Part shown: positions 1 to 10,265 of the stretch, piece after piece | Layout of the letters: each line of letters starts with the position of its first letter | Position numbering within the stretch: position 1 is the first letter of the stretch | Virus record (IMG/VR): IMGVR_UViG_3300029309_000005 | Span: 1-64,000 of that record | Length of the DNA stretch: 64,000 nt | DNA from: a virus | Strand: one strand, 5' to 3' | Translations under genes and position numbers: made by a program | Notes under the pieces: generated by a model | What the model was told of the DNA's origin: nothing | The model's input: the letters and a program-made list of their open reading frames with translations, nothing else | The model's database searches: none

Positions 1-852
1 CGTTAGTAAATCGACAAACATCATCTCAATATCCCTTCCATTGGCATATTCAACAAGATATATTCCTTCTTTCAGATTCACCGACTCAAGCATTTTCAGT
101 GTCGAATCTTCAATTTCAATATCATTTCCTATTGCACTAAATAATCTTACATCGTCTTTCAAGATATGTAAGGACATTCTCTCGCCTTCTGGAATCTCAA
201 TGTATGATTTACCAAAAGGAACATCTTGAATGTCACAGATTGAAGGAGATGGTATCAAAATCGGCATTCCAATTGCTGGCCTTAGTATGTTATGAATCGA
301 CTCTTGCCTAGAAAGTCTATCACATACCTTTTCTAAACCAATCAAAAAAGATGCTTTTCTAACATGCCTCATCAATTCACCGTTGGCATGTGCCAGTGCT
401 TTTGTAACATCATGTCGATTGATTACTCCTTGTCTATTACTAAGACGCTCAAAAAAACATGCGAGATCCAAAGCAGTAATTCTTGAAAACAGTGGTCTGA
501 GCAAAGCAGCCCTAGTTTCATTATCTTCACAGGAATCTAAAACGGCTCTTGTTACTTCAAAGACTCTATCAACTAATGCAACGGTTTTTTTGGCTTTAGA
601 AAGGTTCGCTAACATCTGTATCGGCTGCGGATTATCTTCAACTTCTTCAGGATAAAGATCTGTTAAAAGAAAATATATCTCACGCAAATCTTCATCAGAG
701 AGTCTATGCTTTGAGGATGGTGCGTGGCAGAGATATGCGATTTTATATTGACTCAAAGGACACATTAAAAGCATATTCTTTACAATTTTAGATTTATCTT
801 TGGGTATGGCTTTGCAGACTCTCAGTGATTCACTAAGAATACGATAATTCAA
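1..852 (-). CDS. ATP-dependent DNA ligase-like protein, partial (runs off window), motif I degenerate
   Basis: Not in ORF track. My translation is open from TTG at 852 to base 1: LNYRILSESLRVCKAIPKDKSKIVKNML...RPAIGMPILIPSP...YIEIPEGERMSLHILKDDVRLFSAIGNDI. Helical N-domain followed by an ExKxDGxR-like motif lacking the Lys. Confidence 0.5.
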   Translation of the reverse strand, partial: MNYRILSESLRVCKAIPKDKSKIVKNMLLMCPLSQYKIAYLCHAPSSKHRLSDEDLREIYFLLTDLYPEEVEDNPQPIQMLANLSKAKKTVALVDRVFEVTRAVLDSCEDNETRAALLRPLFSRITALDLACFFERLSNRQGVINRHDVTKALAHANGELMRHVRKASFLIGLEKVCDRLSRQESIHNILRPAIGMPILIPSPSICDIQDVPFGKSYIEIPEGERMSLHILKDDVRLFSAIGNDIEIEDSTLKMLESVNLKEGIYLVEYANGRDIEMMFVDLLT

Positions 853-856
853 ACAA

Positions 857-1258
857 TCACCTTGCCATGAAGTCTTTGAATGATTGCTCGTCTGGAACTA
901 ATGACAATATGGCTTCCTTAGCCCACTCCGTATTTATCCAGATTTCTTTTGTTTTTCTACGATCTTGATTGAATGGTTTAGTTCTTCTACCAATTACAAT
1001 ATTGGCAGCAGTTTTCATATCCTCAAAAGAACGCCTGTTGCCAGTCATGTGTGCAATTACATAAACACAGTCCACAATAAGTGATTTAGGAACCCTTGCT
1101 GCTTGTAATCTAACATCATTCCAAAGTTCGTGAACTAACTTTGATGTTTGCGTAGGCAAATCTAATTCTGCGACAAATTCTTCAATGACTTCGAGATGAT
1201 GGTTTTGCCATTTTAGCCAACTCATGCTCGCTGTTGAATAATCAATATCACTCATCAT
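857..1258 (-). CDS. TFIIB/TFB-like single cyclin-fold protein
   Basis: IEEFVAELDLPTQTSKLVHELW...ARVPKSLIVDCVYVIAHMTGNRRSFEDM resembles one TFB cyclin repeat (L.Lp...GR.p..laAa.lY.a......rt..ei). Confidence 0.55.
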   Translation of the reverse strand: MMSDIDYSTASMSWLKWQNHHLEVIEEFVAELDLPTQTSKLVHELWNDVRLQAARVPKSLIVDCVYVIAHMTGNRRSFEDMKTAANIVIGRRTKPFNQDRRKTKEIWINTEWAKEAILSLVPDEQSFKDFMAR

Positions 1259-1538
1259 CTATCACCACGATAGTTTCAGGTTCATCTTCCCACGCATCAT
1301 CATCATGTATGACCTCAATTAGTTTTTCTAACAACACTTTCGCCTCGTCTCTGGAGAGCATAAACCCTTGTTTAGTATATCCTGTATAACCTCGAACTGA
1401 TGGCACAATCCTATTCAACCTCAAATTCAACACTCTTGAATTATACGCTTCGCTAGTCATAACATGCAACTCAAAACCAGGCGAAAATAATGTAGGCACT
1501 ACCCCATGAATAGTCGAATTGAAGTTTTTGTCAGTCAT
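1248..1538 (-). CDS. PC4/YdbC-like ssDNA-binding protein
   Basis: LHVMTSEAYNSRVLNLR...GYTKQGFMLSRDEAKVL matches the PC4 pattern (vdiR...pTkKGi.l..ee); acidic C-tail. Confidence 0.55.
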   Translation of the reverse strand: MTDKNFNSTIHGVVPTLFSPGFELHVMTSEAYNSRVLNLRLNRIVPSVRGYTGYTKQGFMLSRDEAKVLLEKLIEVIHDDDAWEDEPETIVVIDDE

Positions 1539-2146
1539 TATTCTTCTTCCTGTTTTTCTTTCCTGCTTTCATTTAGAACAAATCCTCTATCATCAACAAC
1601 AACATACACTCCTTTTAGAATTGGTTCAACAGCATGTTCCTCTCCACAGCAAGGACATGCTAGTGTATCTTGTATCTTCACATATTGTTGTGCCGGACTC
1701 ATTTCTTCAACTCTAAATACTGCCCCACATCTGTTAGCACACATAGATACCATTCCAATCAATTCATCTGGTATATTTACCTCATCCCCTTCAGTATCTG
1801 TTGCTAAGACAACATCTTCTTTCACCTCCCATCCAATGTTATCTGCAAGAGTCATAATCCAGTGATGATTGTCAAACACTGATTGATCGAATACATTTTC
1901 TTGGGGTTTAGCGAAGTGGATTTCTTTAAGAGTCAATTGCTTTACTCCTGTTCTCACATAAGCCCCTACACCTGGTAAAACCCATCTGCCGTTACCAGTC
2001 GATAAAGAGTTCCAAAGGTAATAAGCCCATTCAACATCTCTCTCAGTCGCCTGTGGCATTTCAGTCATGAAATAGCCACCTCCTGCATTGAGCGCATTGT
2101 AATATCGGTCTTGTTTTCCCAGTAAATGGATCAAACCTCTTTCCAT
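1538..2146 (-). CDS. hypothetical protein with C-terminal Zn ribbon
   Basis: 202 aa ORF; CANRC...CPCC motifs; abuts the next gene. Confidence 0.6.
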   Translation of the reverse strand: MERGLIHLLGKQDRYYNALNAGGGYFMTEMPQATERDVEWAYYLWNSLSTGNGRWVLPGVGAYVRTGVKQLTLKEIHFAKPQENVFDQSVFDNHHWIMTLADNIGWEVKEDVVLATDTEGDEVNIPDELIGMVSMCANRCGAVFRVEEMSPAQQYVKIQDTLACPCCGEEHAVEPILKGVYVVVDDRGFVLNESRKEKQEEE

Positions 2147-2322
2147 TCTCTTTCATTTGATTACCACAATCAGGACATTTATTTTCATTCGATGCCATTT
2201 ACTCATCCTCCTGTAAAGATTTATCATATTCCTCTTTAGTCATCCCACAATTAGATTGGTAACAAAACCTAAATCCAGATTTTACATAGTTATTACAACC
2301 GCTTTTTATACATGTTGCAGAA

Positions 2323-2640
2323 CTAATCCTCATTGATGACTTCCTCCATAGAGTTACGAATGTTTGTCACAAAAAACCGCATACCTTGTTCAGAATCTTG
2401 TAAAACCTTATCCCATTTCCAACCCCTAAAATCATTATTTTGTTTGAAACATAATTCTTCAACTAGATACTTTTCTAAATCACTCAAGACCTCTTTTTCA
2501 TCGGTAGTCACATGTATTCCTACCATAACCTCTCTCCAGCCAGCACCGTTAGTTTCTGATATTACAACTGAGGGTTGATTGTCAATTGTTAGAAACATAC
2601 CATCCATGTCAGTTTCTATCAATTCAATAATTGTTGACAT
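2323..2640 (-). CDS. hypothetical protein
   Basis: 105 aa ORF in minus-strand gene run with GGAGG upstream. Confidence 0.6.
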   Translation of the reverse strand: MSTIIELIETDMDGMFLTIDNQPSVVISETNGAGWREVMVGIHVTTDEKEVLSDLEKYLVEELCFKQNNDFRGWKWDKVLQDSEQGMRFFVTNIRNSMEEVINED

Positions 2641-2888
2641 CTATTTTCCTCCTTCTGAATCAAATCCTTTACTTTGATAATTCGTGAATCTATCTCAAAC
2701 AAAGCATCGTATCTTTCGATACCAGTCATATCTCCATATCTAGCACTACCTAGCAACATCCCTCGATCAGCGAACAATTCAATCAATAGATTAGTGTAAG
2801 GTTTGATGAATGCTTCATGTTCCTGTTTGATTTTCAAAATGTCCTCTGGATTAGGACTGTTTTTATTGCCGTTATTAAAAGGCCACAT
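2619..2888 (-). CDS. hypothetical protein
   Basis: 89 aa ORF; TTTAAT box ~30 nt upstream of ATG (leaderless-type). Confidence 0.55.
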   Translation of the reverse strand: MWPFNNGNKNSPNPEDILKIKQEHEAFIKPYTNLLIELFADRGMLLGSARYGDMTGIERYDALFEIDSRIIKVKDLIQKEENRCQQLLN

Positions 2889-2925
2889 GGCTATAATGCA
2901 CAGGGGTTAGACAATTAAAGCCTCA

Positions 2926-3219
2926 CTACGCCTTCATCATGTCCTCATCGCTTATTGTAATCTTATGATAAGACACATACCAACGCTGATATGAAATCCA
3001 ACGGGCAATAAGATTTAATCTATTTTTAGGATATTTACTACCACAATACGGACAGTATCTAAATCCAGATAATACCCAATCTAAATTGACCTCATGGCCG
3101 CATTTCCAAACTTTTGAAATTTTAGCAGAGGGTTTTCTTGGTCTTTCTTCTGGTATTTCAAGAATCGGGATTGGTGCGATGTCTTGAGATAGAACCATAG
3201 TCTCACTCCCAATCCACAC
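2926..3219 (-). CDS. Zn-ribbon protein
   Basis: CGH...YCPYCG motif. Confidence 0.55.
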   Translation of the reverse strand: MWIGSETMVLSQDIAPIPILEIPEERPRKPSAKISKVWKCGHEVNLDWVLSGFRYCPYCGSKYPKNRLNLIARWISYQRWYVSYHKITISDEDMMKA

Positions 3220-3853
3220 CCAAATCTATTCCTTTACTTTCATCGAATTCTACAACAGGAATTTGGAAGTTTGCATAATCCTGTCTCTTTCCATCATCTT
3301 TTGATGGATCCCAATCACACGCTTCACAAACAGAATTCTTAACCCAATTTGATTTTAAGTTAGCATGACCGCACCAATCACAACAATGAATTAATTGAGA
3401 TTGTTTCCAAAAAGAATCAGAACTTACATCGAATCCGTTATCATCATTTCGTATTCTGAAATGCTTTTCCCAATCTATGCAAAGCCAAGCCACAGGTATA
3501 GCCTCCCATCCCGCAGAATAGAATAAACTACCCATTTGCACCGCTTCATGGTGATCATAGTGAACATTTTCAAAATAATCCTGGGCATCTTTTTTATTCA
3601 TCCAGCCCCTGTCTCCTTTCATGGTTAGAAAGGCAATTGCGTTTTCCTCCTGCAAGGCAACATGTGGTAAATCCAGATAAGGCAATAAAACTATCATATC
3701 CCCCACTTTTGGAAACTTTATCCATCCATCTCTCCCAGTGGGAAAGGAACCTTTGTTGATTATGGTTGGCTTAGTGTTACATCGCATATATGTAACAAAT
3801 ACGGGTGTTAATGGTGCTTTTGGCAATCTACTAATCGTTGGGAATAAACCCAT
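3203..3853 (-). CDS. hypothetical protein with C-terminal Zn finger
   Basis: 216 aa; CDWCG...CEAC. Confidence 0.6.
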   Translation of the reverse strand: MGLFPTISRLPKAPLTPVFVTYMRCNTKPTIINKGSFPTGRDGWIKFPKVGDMIVLLPYLDLPHVALQEENAIAFLTMKGDRGWMNKKDAQDYFENVHYDHHEAVQMGSLFYSAGWEAIPVAWLCIDWEKHFRIRNDDNGFDVSSDSFWKQSQLIHCCDWCGHANLKSNWVKNSVCEACDWDPSKDDGKRQDYANFQIPVVEFDESKGIDLGVDWE

Positions 3854-4171
3854 TTAGAACGCCTCTTGCATAATCAAGGTCTGAAAATGGGTAGGTAGCA
3901 TCTCGACCACTGTTTTTGCTGGCCCACTCAAAACCAATAATCTTTTCCCTTCATCATCAAATGAAATTTCCCATCTCGAAGTGTTGGTAAATTCCTTCTG
4001 CCCTTCTCGATTCTCAAACCATCTTCTGGCTGGAATCATACGCATCCATGAAGGAGGCTGCCCATACACAGAATGAACCGCATTCCATACTTTATTTGCC
4101 GTTGAGCGAGACTTAGGTTTCTTGGTGTATATTGTAGTTTTAGGGCCACTGTTTTGTTTATTTCGATTCAT
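3854..4171 (-). CDS. hypothetical protein
   Basis: 105 aa ORF abutting neighbours. Confidence 0.55.
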   Translation of the reverse strand: MNRNKQNSGPKTTIYTKKPKSRSTANKVWNAVHSVYGQPPSWMRMIPARRWFENREGQKEFTNTSRWEISFDDEGKRLLVLSGPAKTVVEMLPTHFQTLIMQEAF

Positions 4172-4175
4172 AGAA

Positions 4176-5639
4176 TCACAGCCCCATAATTACGCCTAGT
4201 AAATCATCGTCACCAACATTATCATTTTCAAGACGCTCTTGCCTAATTTCTGCAAATGCTTTTTCTTCAGCAATCATTTCTTCAGCATCTTCAATAACAT
4301 CCACTGGAGTTACAGCAGGACTAGGATCTGTTTCATCAACTTCTTTGAGAATTGGCGCATCATCCATTAGAGCCTCAATTGGTATTTCATTTACCTCTTG
4401 CGGGGCTTCGACTACCACTGGGCCATCTGTTGAATCAACCACTAGATGAAAAGGCAAATCCTCTTTCGGCCCTACGGTGAAAAGAATTGGTTTGCCTCTA
4501 GCATAGCGACCTGTTGGAGAACGCTCGCAAGTAATCAGAAGTCTATGTGTCTCGCTGATAGTGAAACCTAATTCAGTCCAATTCCCAAAAAGACCATCCA
4601 AATCAACAAATTCTGCTTCTTCTTCAAATTTATCCAATGCCCTCTTGATGGTCTGCACATGGCAATCCGCAAGGTCGGCAACATCTTGAATGCTAATTAC
4701 TGCTCTGAAGTAATCTTGAGCAAGTTGATACTTTATCCATGAAGTAGGATTTTTCTTGAAGTTATGAGGATTAGCCGGTAAATCGGTTCCATCATTCTCA
4801 AACTGAGGCTGTCTTTCAATGGACTCCAGAGATGATGGGCTGACAACATCAATCTCCGGCTCTGCTTCAGGAACAGATTCATGCACAGGCTTGTCGGATT
4901 GGGGATGACTGGTATGAGAAACCTCGTCAGCCACCTCTGCATGTTCCATAGGAGTTAGAGTATCTGCATGTTGAAGCAATCTTTCACTTGGAGAGACATA
5001 TTCTTCAACAATTTCTTCAGCCTGGTCTGGTATCTGTTCTAATTCTGTAACTTCAAATGAGAAGTGTGTCTTAGCACTACCAGCAGACTTGCTCTTGAAT
5101 GTGCGCTTGAATGAATCAATCATCTCAGCGACTTCGATAGGATTGTTAGGTTCTGGCAAAATGCTCTGATCGACTTTCATCCTACCCGTTTCATCAACCT
5201 GCATAGCACGATTGATTGCCGCATTTACGCTCTCAGTGTATTTTGATACAACAGCAGTATCGCCCTCACAGACTTCTATGAGAGCATCAATATACATGCC
5301 GATAAGCCACTCTCTAGGAATGGTTGCTGGCGTAGCCTTGTCACTCATTCCTACTGGGATAGAAACCATTGATTTGTTTTCATCACTAGGAACGACAGTC
5401 AGTAATTTGTTACCAACTCTAATTTGAATGTCTGAGCGTGGGATTTCAGCCAGTGGCTTTTTACCCCAATCTCTGCGCTCATCTTTGCTTAGATGTAGGC
5501 CATTAGTTTCTTGCCATTCCTTTGAGATTACATCCCCTAGTAGTTTCAATACTGGCCCCACATCTGCTGATAGATTCAATCCCTTTGCTTGTTCAGTTAC
5601 ATCCTTTCGACTCATACTTTTCACTTCTCTCACCGTCAT
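4176..5639 (-). CDS. acidic protein with internal HTH
   Basis: ISIQDVADLADCHVQTIKRALDKF is HTH-like. Start moved to ATG 5639, ~27 nt downstream of a TTGATATA box. Confidence 0.6.
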   Translation of the reverse strand: MTVREVKSMSRKDVTEQAKGLNLSADVGPVLKLLGDVISKEWQETNGLHLSKDERRDWGKKPLAEIPRSDIQIRVGNKLLTVVPSDENKSMVSIPVGMSDKATPATIPREWLIGMYIDALIEVCEGDTAVVSKYTESVNAAINRAMQVDETGRMKVDQSILPEPNNPIEVAEMIDSFKRTFKSKSAGSAKTHFSFEVTELEQIPDQAEEIVEEYVSPSERLLQHADTLTPMEHAEVADEVSHTSHPQSDKPVHESVPEAEPEIDVVSPSSLESIERQPQFENDGTDLPANPHNFKKNPTSWIKYQLAQDYFRAVISIQDVADLADCHVQTIKRALDKFEEEAEFVDLDGLFGNWTELGFTISETHRLLITCERSPTGRYARGKPILFTVGPKEDLPFHLVVDSTDGPVVVEAPQEVNEIPIEALMDDAPILKEVDETDPSPAVTPVDVIEDAEEMIAEEKAFAEIRQERLENDNVGDDDLLGVIMGL

Positions 5640-5662
5640 CGGCAAGTAATCCACAGGGGGCG

Positions 5663-5675
5663 GGGTATATCAACA
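5663..5675 (-). promoter_or_regulatory. putative early promoter TGTTGATATACCC
   Basis: Exact 13-mer shared with 17645-17657; TATA-like core ~27 nt before ATG 5639. Confidence 0.55.
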
Positions 5676-5928
5676 TTATTGCTAGTAATGATGGAATGTG
5701 CGCTTACTTTGCTCGTCTTGAGTAATCCATTTGCCTTTGCATTCTTTACCAGTGGTATTGATACAAAACTCTCCGAAGCATCTCCTAATTTGATAGATTC
5801 GCCCGTTGTCATTGTATGCTATGAATCCCCATTTATCCGACTCCCAACAATTCACACAAGCAAACACAAGTGAAGCGTATATGTTGTTGTCTTTCGATGG
5901 TTTTGATAAAGGAACAGTCGCTGGTAAT

Positions 5929-6279
5929 CTAGGCGACATGTCGATCCAACCCAGTAACTTTCCATGTGTTAGCGGTGCGATTTAACATCTCTGGATATTG
6001 TTTTAGTATAGACTCATTCAAAGCCCATGTTGAAACTTTGTAACGATTGCCACCCATGCTAGTGATAATGGGCGCATCAAATGAATTAGCATGAATAGTT
6101 TTGATGAATAGTGGCTCTTTGCCTAACACATTATTCAATTGATTTGTTGTCACTCCAGAGCGTAGGCCATATTTTGATGTGTTATCGTTTAGAGCATCAA
6201 ATATGTCTGCGGTTGTTGAATCTCCTTTGTCTCTTAAATAGTTAATTATACGAACTCTAACTGTCTTGGTTTTCGCCAT
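5929..6279 (-). CDS. winged-helix DNA-binding protein
   Basis: IINYLRDKGDSTTADIFDAL...GVTTNQLNNVLGKEPLF...TWAL is a wHTH pattern. Confidence 0.6.
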   Translation of the reverse strand: MAKTKTVRVRIINYLRDKGDSTTADIFDALNDNTSKYGLRSGVTTNQLNNVLGKEPLFIKTIHANSFDAPIITSMGGNRYKVSTWALNESILKQYPEMLNRTANTWKVTGLDRHVA

Positions 6280-6312
6280 AATTTAGGACAGGAACCTATC
6301 TAACTTAAACTC

Positions 6313-7938
6313 TCACATCTGAGGCGGCCCAGGCTGAGTAGGATTCATTCTTATAACATCATCAATCCTCAAAACCATTATCGCTGCTTCAGTGGCAGAA
6401 GTAAGTGCTTGCTTATGTAATTCAACTGGTTCAATTACGCCCTGTATTAGCGCATCATGCGGGAATGGCTTCTCAGTTTCGACATCAACAAAGTATCTTA
6501 TGTTTCCATCTTTGCTGTTCTTTACTAAAGCAAGCATTTCATCCACAGGATCTAAACCAGCGTTTTCAGCAATCGCTTTTGGTATAGTTAGAAGTGCTTC
6601 TGCAAAAGCATCAACAGCCATCTGAACTCTACCCTCTGGCCTACAATGTTCCTTCAATTGGTTATACAGGTATGCTTGAGTCGAACCGCCACCAAATGTT
6701 AGGTTAGTATTGCGTGACATCAACCAGGCTACGCCCACAGCATCTTCTAAGGCTCTTTCAACTTCTTCTGCTACATGATTGGTAGCACCACAAGCGATAA
6801 TTGTCCTAATGTTTGAGTCCTTCTTTGTCACCATGATTAGATCATGTTCATACTTATCAGATACATAGAAAGCGCAATGGCCTATGTTATCAAAATCAAT
6901 AGGATTTGATAAACTCGAAACTACGCTTGCACCAGATATTTGACAAACTGAATCTAAGTCAGATTTTTTTACTGAGTGAACTGCGGTAATACCATATTTT
7001 TTCAGGTAGTGCAAAGCCAAATCATCAATCTTTCTTTGAGTTAGAACTACATTAGCACCTGATTGCTTAATTAGTTCAACCATATCTCTAATTGAATCTT
7101 CTTCTTGGCGTAAGAATTCCTCAACTTGAGATGGATTTGTAATTTGAACCTGTGCTTCCATGTTAGTTTTCTTAGGCTCAACAGAGCAATCCAGCAACAA
7201 TACCTTAGCCTCTGGAACTGTCCTTGTCATGGTTTGGCTTGCCAAATCTCTTTCGATTACAATACCTGGAATTTGCATAGTATCTTCCTCTTTTGTGCCA
7301 CTTGCTGAAACAAATCGAATATCCTCTATCGCATTAGCGTTTATTACGACATCTTTGGCTAAGTCTGCTAACTTGTGTTGAATACCTTCAGCAGATTTAC
7401 CAGTTAGCGATGAGAACGCAGCCAAATACGCTAACTTCTCTTTTAACTCTTGACTCAATGGTAACAACTTGTAGTGATTCTGGAACTCCTTCAGATTGAG
7501 AGCAGACAATTGATCTAACTCATCTAAACAAAACCTCTTTGCTATCCTGAAACCTTTGCAGATAGTCGTGGCATGAATAGAATTGTCTAGTAATCTCTCG
7601 GCTTCTTCGAGTAAAGCACCAGACAATACTACTGCACTCGTAGTGCCATCATAACACCGGCTTTCTTGAGTTTTTGCCACTTCAACAATCATTTTGGCTG
7701 CTGGATGTTCAATACCTATCTCTCGCAATATCGAAACTCCATCATTGGTAATTAGAGCATTTCCAGCAGGATCAATCAACATCTTATCCATGCCCAGTGG
7801 CCCTAGAGTCGTTTTGATTGCATTTCCTACCGCTTTTGCCGCTTGGATATTACTTCTTTGGGCTGCTGAACCGTTTGTTTGCTCAGTTCCTTTCTGCATG
7901 ATATATACTGGCTGTTGACCGTTACCTGCTGGCTGCAT
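6313..7938 (-). CDS. ths: group II chaperonin (thermosome subunit)
   Basis: [87 protein letters not shown]. Confidence 0.97.
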   Translation of the reverse strand: MQPAGNGQQPVYIMQKGTEQTNGSAAQRSNIQAAKAVGNAIKTTLGPLGMDKMLIDPAGNALITNDGVSILREIGIEHPAAKMIVEVAKTQESRCYDGTTSAVVLSGALLEEAERLLDNSIHATTICKGFRIAKRFCLDELDQLSALNLKEFQNHYKLLPLSQELKEKLAYLAAFSSLTGKSAEGIQHKLADLAKDVVINANAIEDIRFVSASGTKEEDTMQIPGIVIERDLASQTMTRTVPEAKVLLLDCSVEPKKTNMEAQVQITNPSQVEEFLRQEEDSIRDMVELIKQSGANVVLTQRKIDDLALHYLKKYGITAVHSVKKSDLDSVCQISGASVVSSLSNPIDFDNIGHCAFYVSDKYEHDLIMVTKKDSNIRTIIACGATNHVAEEVERALEDAVGVAWLMSRNTNLTFGGGSTQAYLYNQLKEHCRPEGRVQMAVDAFAEALLTIPKAIAENAGLDPVDEMLALVKNSKDGNIRYFVDVETEKPFPHDALIQGVIEPVELHKQALTSATEAAIMVLRIDDVIRMNPTQPGPPQM

Positions 7939-8126
7939 GGACTGTTCGTATAAGTGTGCTACTTATCAAGACTCACTCATTTTGAAATCATAGCACTTTT
8001 TACAATAAGTTGCATTATATTCAAACACACCGCCAGTTAATTCTGCTGGAACCACTTCTTTCATAATTCTCCAACTTTCAGAAGTGATAGGGCATTGGCA
8101 CTCTTGGCATCTTGCTCGTAAGATAG

Positions 8127-8360
8127 TCATTTTTCCCAACTCGCAGTATTCCTTATGTAAAACACATATCTTTTTTCAGATTTTTGAAGTTTGCCATTTA
8201 TTTGTAAGATTTTACCTGTTCCTATCTTCTCCCATATTTGATCATCATACGGTTTTTCATGCTCATGTTCGACAAGGTGACAAATATCATATCGAACCTT
8301 TTTTCCATCATCCATTAATGCAACTTTATCTTTGTAACCCCACGCTAATCCCATATTCAT
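8127..8360 (-). CDS. hypothetical protein
   Basis: 77 aa ORF with GGAGG upstream. Confidence 0.45.
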   Translation of the reverse strand: MNMGLAWGYKDKVALMDDGKKVRYDICHLVEHEHEKPYDDQIWEKIGTGKILQINGKLQKSEKRYVFYIRNTASWEK

Positions 8361-8445
8361 TCCTCCGTTAAATCAATTATCATATTGACAAATATAGCCA
8401 TAAACACACAAAACAATAGATAGAGAGAAAACATCTGTGCGTTAT

Positions 8446-9015
8446 TCATACCTTCACCTCAATCCTCAAATTTGGCTCTCCATGCCACCATTTAGGCGCA
8501 GAGACTCCCCACTCCCATCTAGCGAACTTAGCCTTATCTCTCCTGTAAAATTCACGATATGCTGCATAATCACAAGGCCACTTTTCATAATCAACCAAAT
8601 CCAGATTCTCTCCTTTGGACTGATTGAAACATCTTGCAGATGGAGTCATAGGGATATTCGGCAGGTAATCTCCCCATTTGAAAGCCCTTAGTAAATGATT
8701 GATTTGAGACTGTGCAAAGTGTTCTTTGCCTCGCCTCCTATGAAACTCTTGACATAGGGCTTCAGCATGATAAAATAGCCATATCCAGTTAGAAACTGAT
8801 TCACCAGCCCAAATTACGGCTGGATGGTGTTTGTAGCCTCCACGATGGGGTTTTCCAGTGGATTTTGTAGGTGGCATCAATTCTGGAGGCACACCTGCTG
8901 TTAATGCAGCCTGGACTAAGATTTGCACTGATTCCGTTGCCATTTTACTCACATGCTGATCACATTGGTCGAAGGCAGATTGCCAAGGACAGGGCCATAA
9001 CCGATTGATGTTCAT
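8446..9015 (-). CDS. pyrimidine-dimer DNA glycosylase (DenV/Pyr_excise)-like protein
   Basis: MNI...CDQHVSKMATESVQIL...YKHHPAVIWAGESVSNWIWL..HAEALCQEFHRRRGKEH...AYREFY...P.WW is the pattern of this phage family. Confidence 0.75.
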   Translation of the reverse strand: MNINRLWPCPWQSAFDQCDQHVSKMATESVQILVQAALTAGVPPELMPPTKSTGKPHRGGYKHHPAVIWAGESVSNWIWLFYHAEALCQEFHRRRGKEHFAQSQINHLLRAFKWGDYLPNIPMTPSARCFNQSKGENLDLVDYEKWPCDYAAYREFYRRDKAKFARWEWGVSAPKWWHGEPNLRIEVKV

Positions 9016-9033
9016 GTAAATCCTCCTAACAGG

Positions 9034-9498
9034 TTAGGCACTAAAAGGTTTAGTGAAATTACAACCAAAGTCAATACTGGGCTTGCCATAGTTAGAACAC
9101 CCCATAAACTCGCCAAAAGAGCCTTTCTTTGGCAGCAGGATGCCCTCACATTCAGGACATGGCTCTGGAGTAGGGTCGGCCTCATAAATGCCGTCTATGC
9201 GCTGTAAAATGCTCTTTCTCCAATTTTGAGTCCTGTGAACCCTCTTGCACTTGTGAAAACCAATCTTGTGTTCATCATCGAAACAAATTACTCGAATCGC
9301 ATCTTTACCTCTGCTTCTAGCATACTTATTGCTAATCGAAGTATAGATTCTGATTTTGATTGAGCCTTTGTAATCAGATTGATACACCTTCTCAAGACAT
9401 GGATGACCAGGATCTACCTCAGTGAAATCCAGATATGTTAGAAACTCATCCATTTCATCTGCTGTAACTTCTTGAAATGTAGCAGCCATATCATTCAC
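9034..9498 (-). CDS. protein with C-terminal topoisomerase-type C4 Zn finger
   Basis: CPECEGILLPKKGSFGEFMGCSNY...C. Confidence 0.7.
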   Translation of the reverse strand: MNDMAATFQEVTADEMDEFLTYLDFTEVDPGHPCLEKVYQSDYKGSIKIRIYTSISNKYARSRGKDAIRVICFDDEHKIGFHKCKRVHRTQNWRKSILQRIDGIYEADPTPEPCPECEGILLPKKGSFGEFMGCSNYGKPSIDFGCNFTKPFSA

Positions 9499-10265
9499 TC
9501 CTGAAATACCTTATACAGCCTAGAATGACCGCATCTCCACCATACTTCATGCTGATTCTCACTAAGCGGCAAGCATTCTCCTGTTATTGTGTATGAAGTG
9601 ATGGAATTGCCCTTGTTGCTACCGCTACGGGCGCAAGAAGGACATTGGCCTAATTTGAACTTCTCCAAATGAGGATATTCTTCTGCCAATCGTATTCGCC
9701 ATTCTTTGCGTTCTGTCTTAACTCTCTCCTTTTCGGCAATCGCCTTCTGCCGTTCCTGTTCAAAGAAGATTCTTGTTCGCTCTTTTTCATCTGCCAAATA
9801 AGCCTCATAATCGGCATCAGTTTCTTTGGGTTTAGGCAACAGGCTAACTATCCTAAATGTGTTGGTGACATCGAATAATCTTAGTATCTCTTGCAGATTC
9901 ATGTCATAATATGTGTTAATATTCCAATTTCGATTCCCGTTCTCTTCTGGAACAAGGTTAATGCTGTAATCGTAACACAATTCTCCCCATCCATTGCCTA
10001 ACATGCAAGCAATCCAAGCAGTTTTACCATTCTTATCTTCAAACTTGATTCCAAATTCCTCATAGTCAATAATCTGAGCAAATCCTGTATCATATGTCAT
10101 CTGTCCGTGTGGCCTCTTGCGAAGATCGACATCGCTAATGTCAAACTTATCAATGTCATCATAACCCCAACTAACCGCATTCCATCCATCCTTCTTCAGA
10201 GCCTGGATAATAACTCGTAACTCAAACTCATAGCGTTGATTGCCTAAAAAATCCTCAATTCTCAT
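9495..10265 (-). CDS. hypothetical protein (coiled coil plus Zn-binding C-terminus)
   Basis: 256 aa; CPSC...CGH; 4-nt overlap with next gene. Confidence 0.6.
   Translation of the reverse strand: MRIEDFLGNQRYEFELRVIIQALKKDGWNAVSWGYDDIDKFDISDVDLRKRPHGQMTYDTGFAQIIDYEEFGIKFEDKNGKTAWIACMLGNGWGELCYDYSINLVPEENGNRNWNINTYYDMNLQEILRLFDVTNTFRIVSLLPKPKETDADYEAYLADEKERTRIFFEQERQKAIAEKERVKTERKEWRIRLAEEYPHLEKFKLGQCPSCARSGSNKGNSITSYTITGECLPLSENQHEVWWRCGHSRLYKVFQE

Noticed and set aside
5682-5939. 85-aa minus-strand ORF
   Set aside because: Plausible but no recognisable motif; left unannotated for lack of support.
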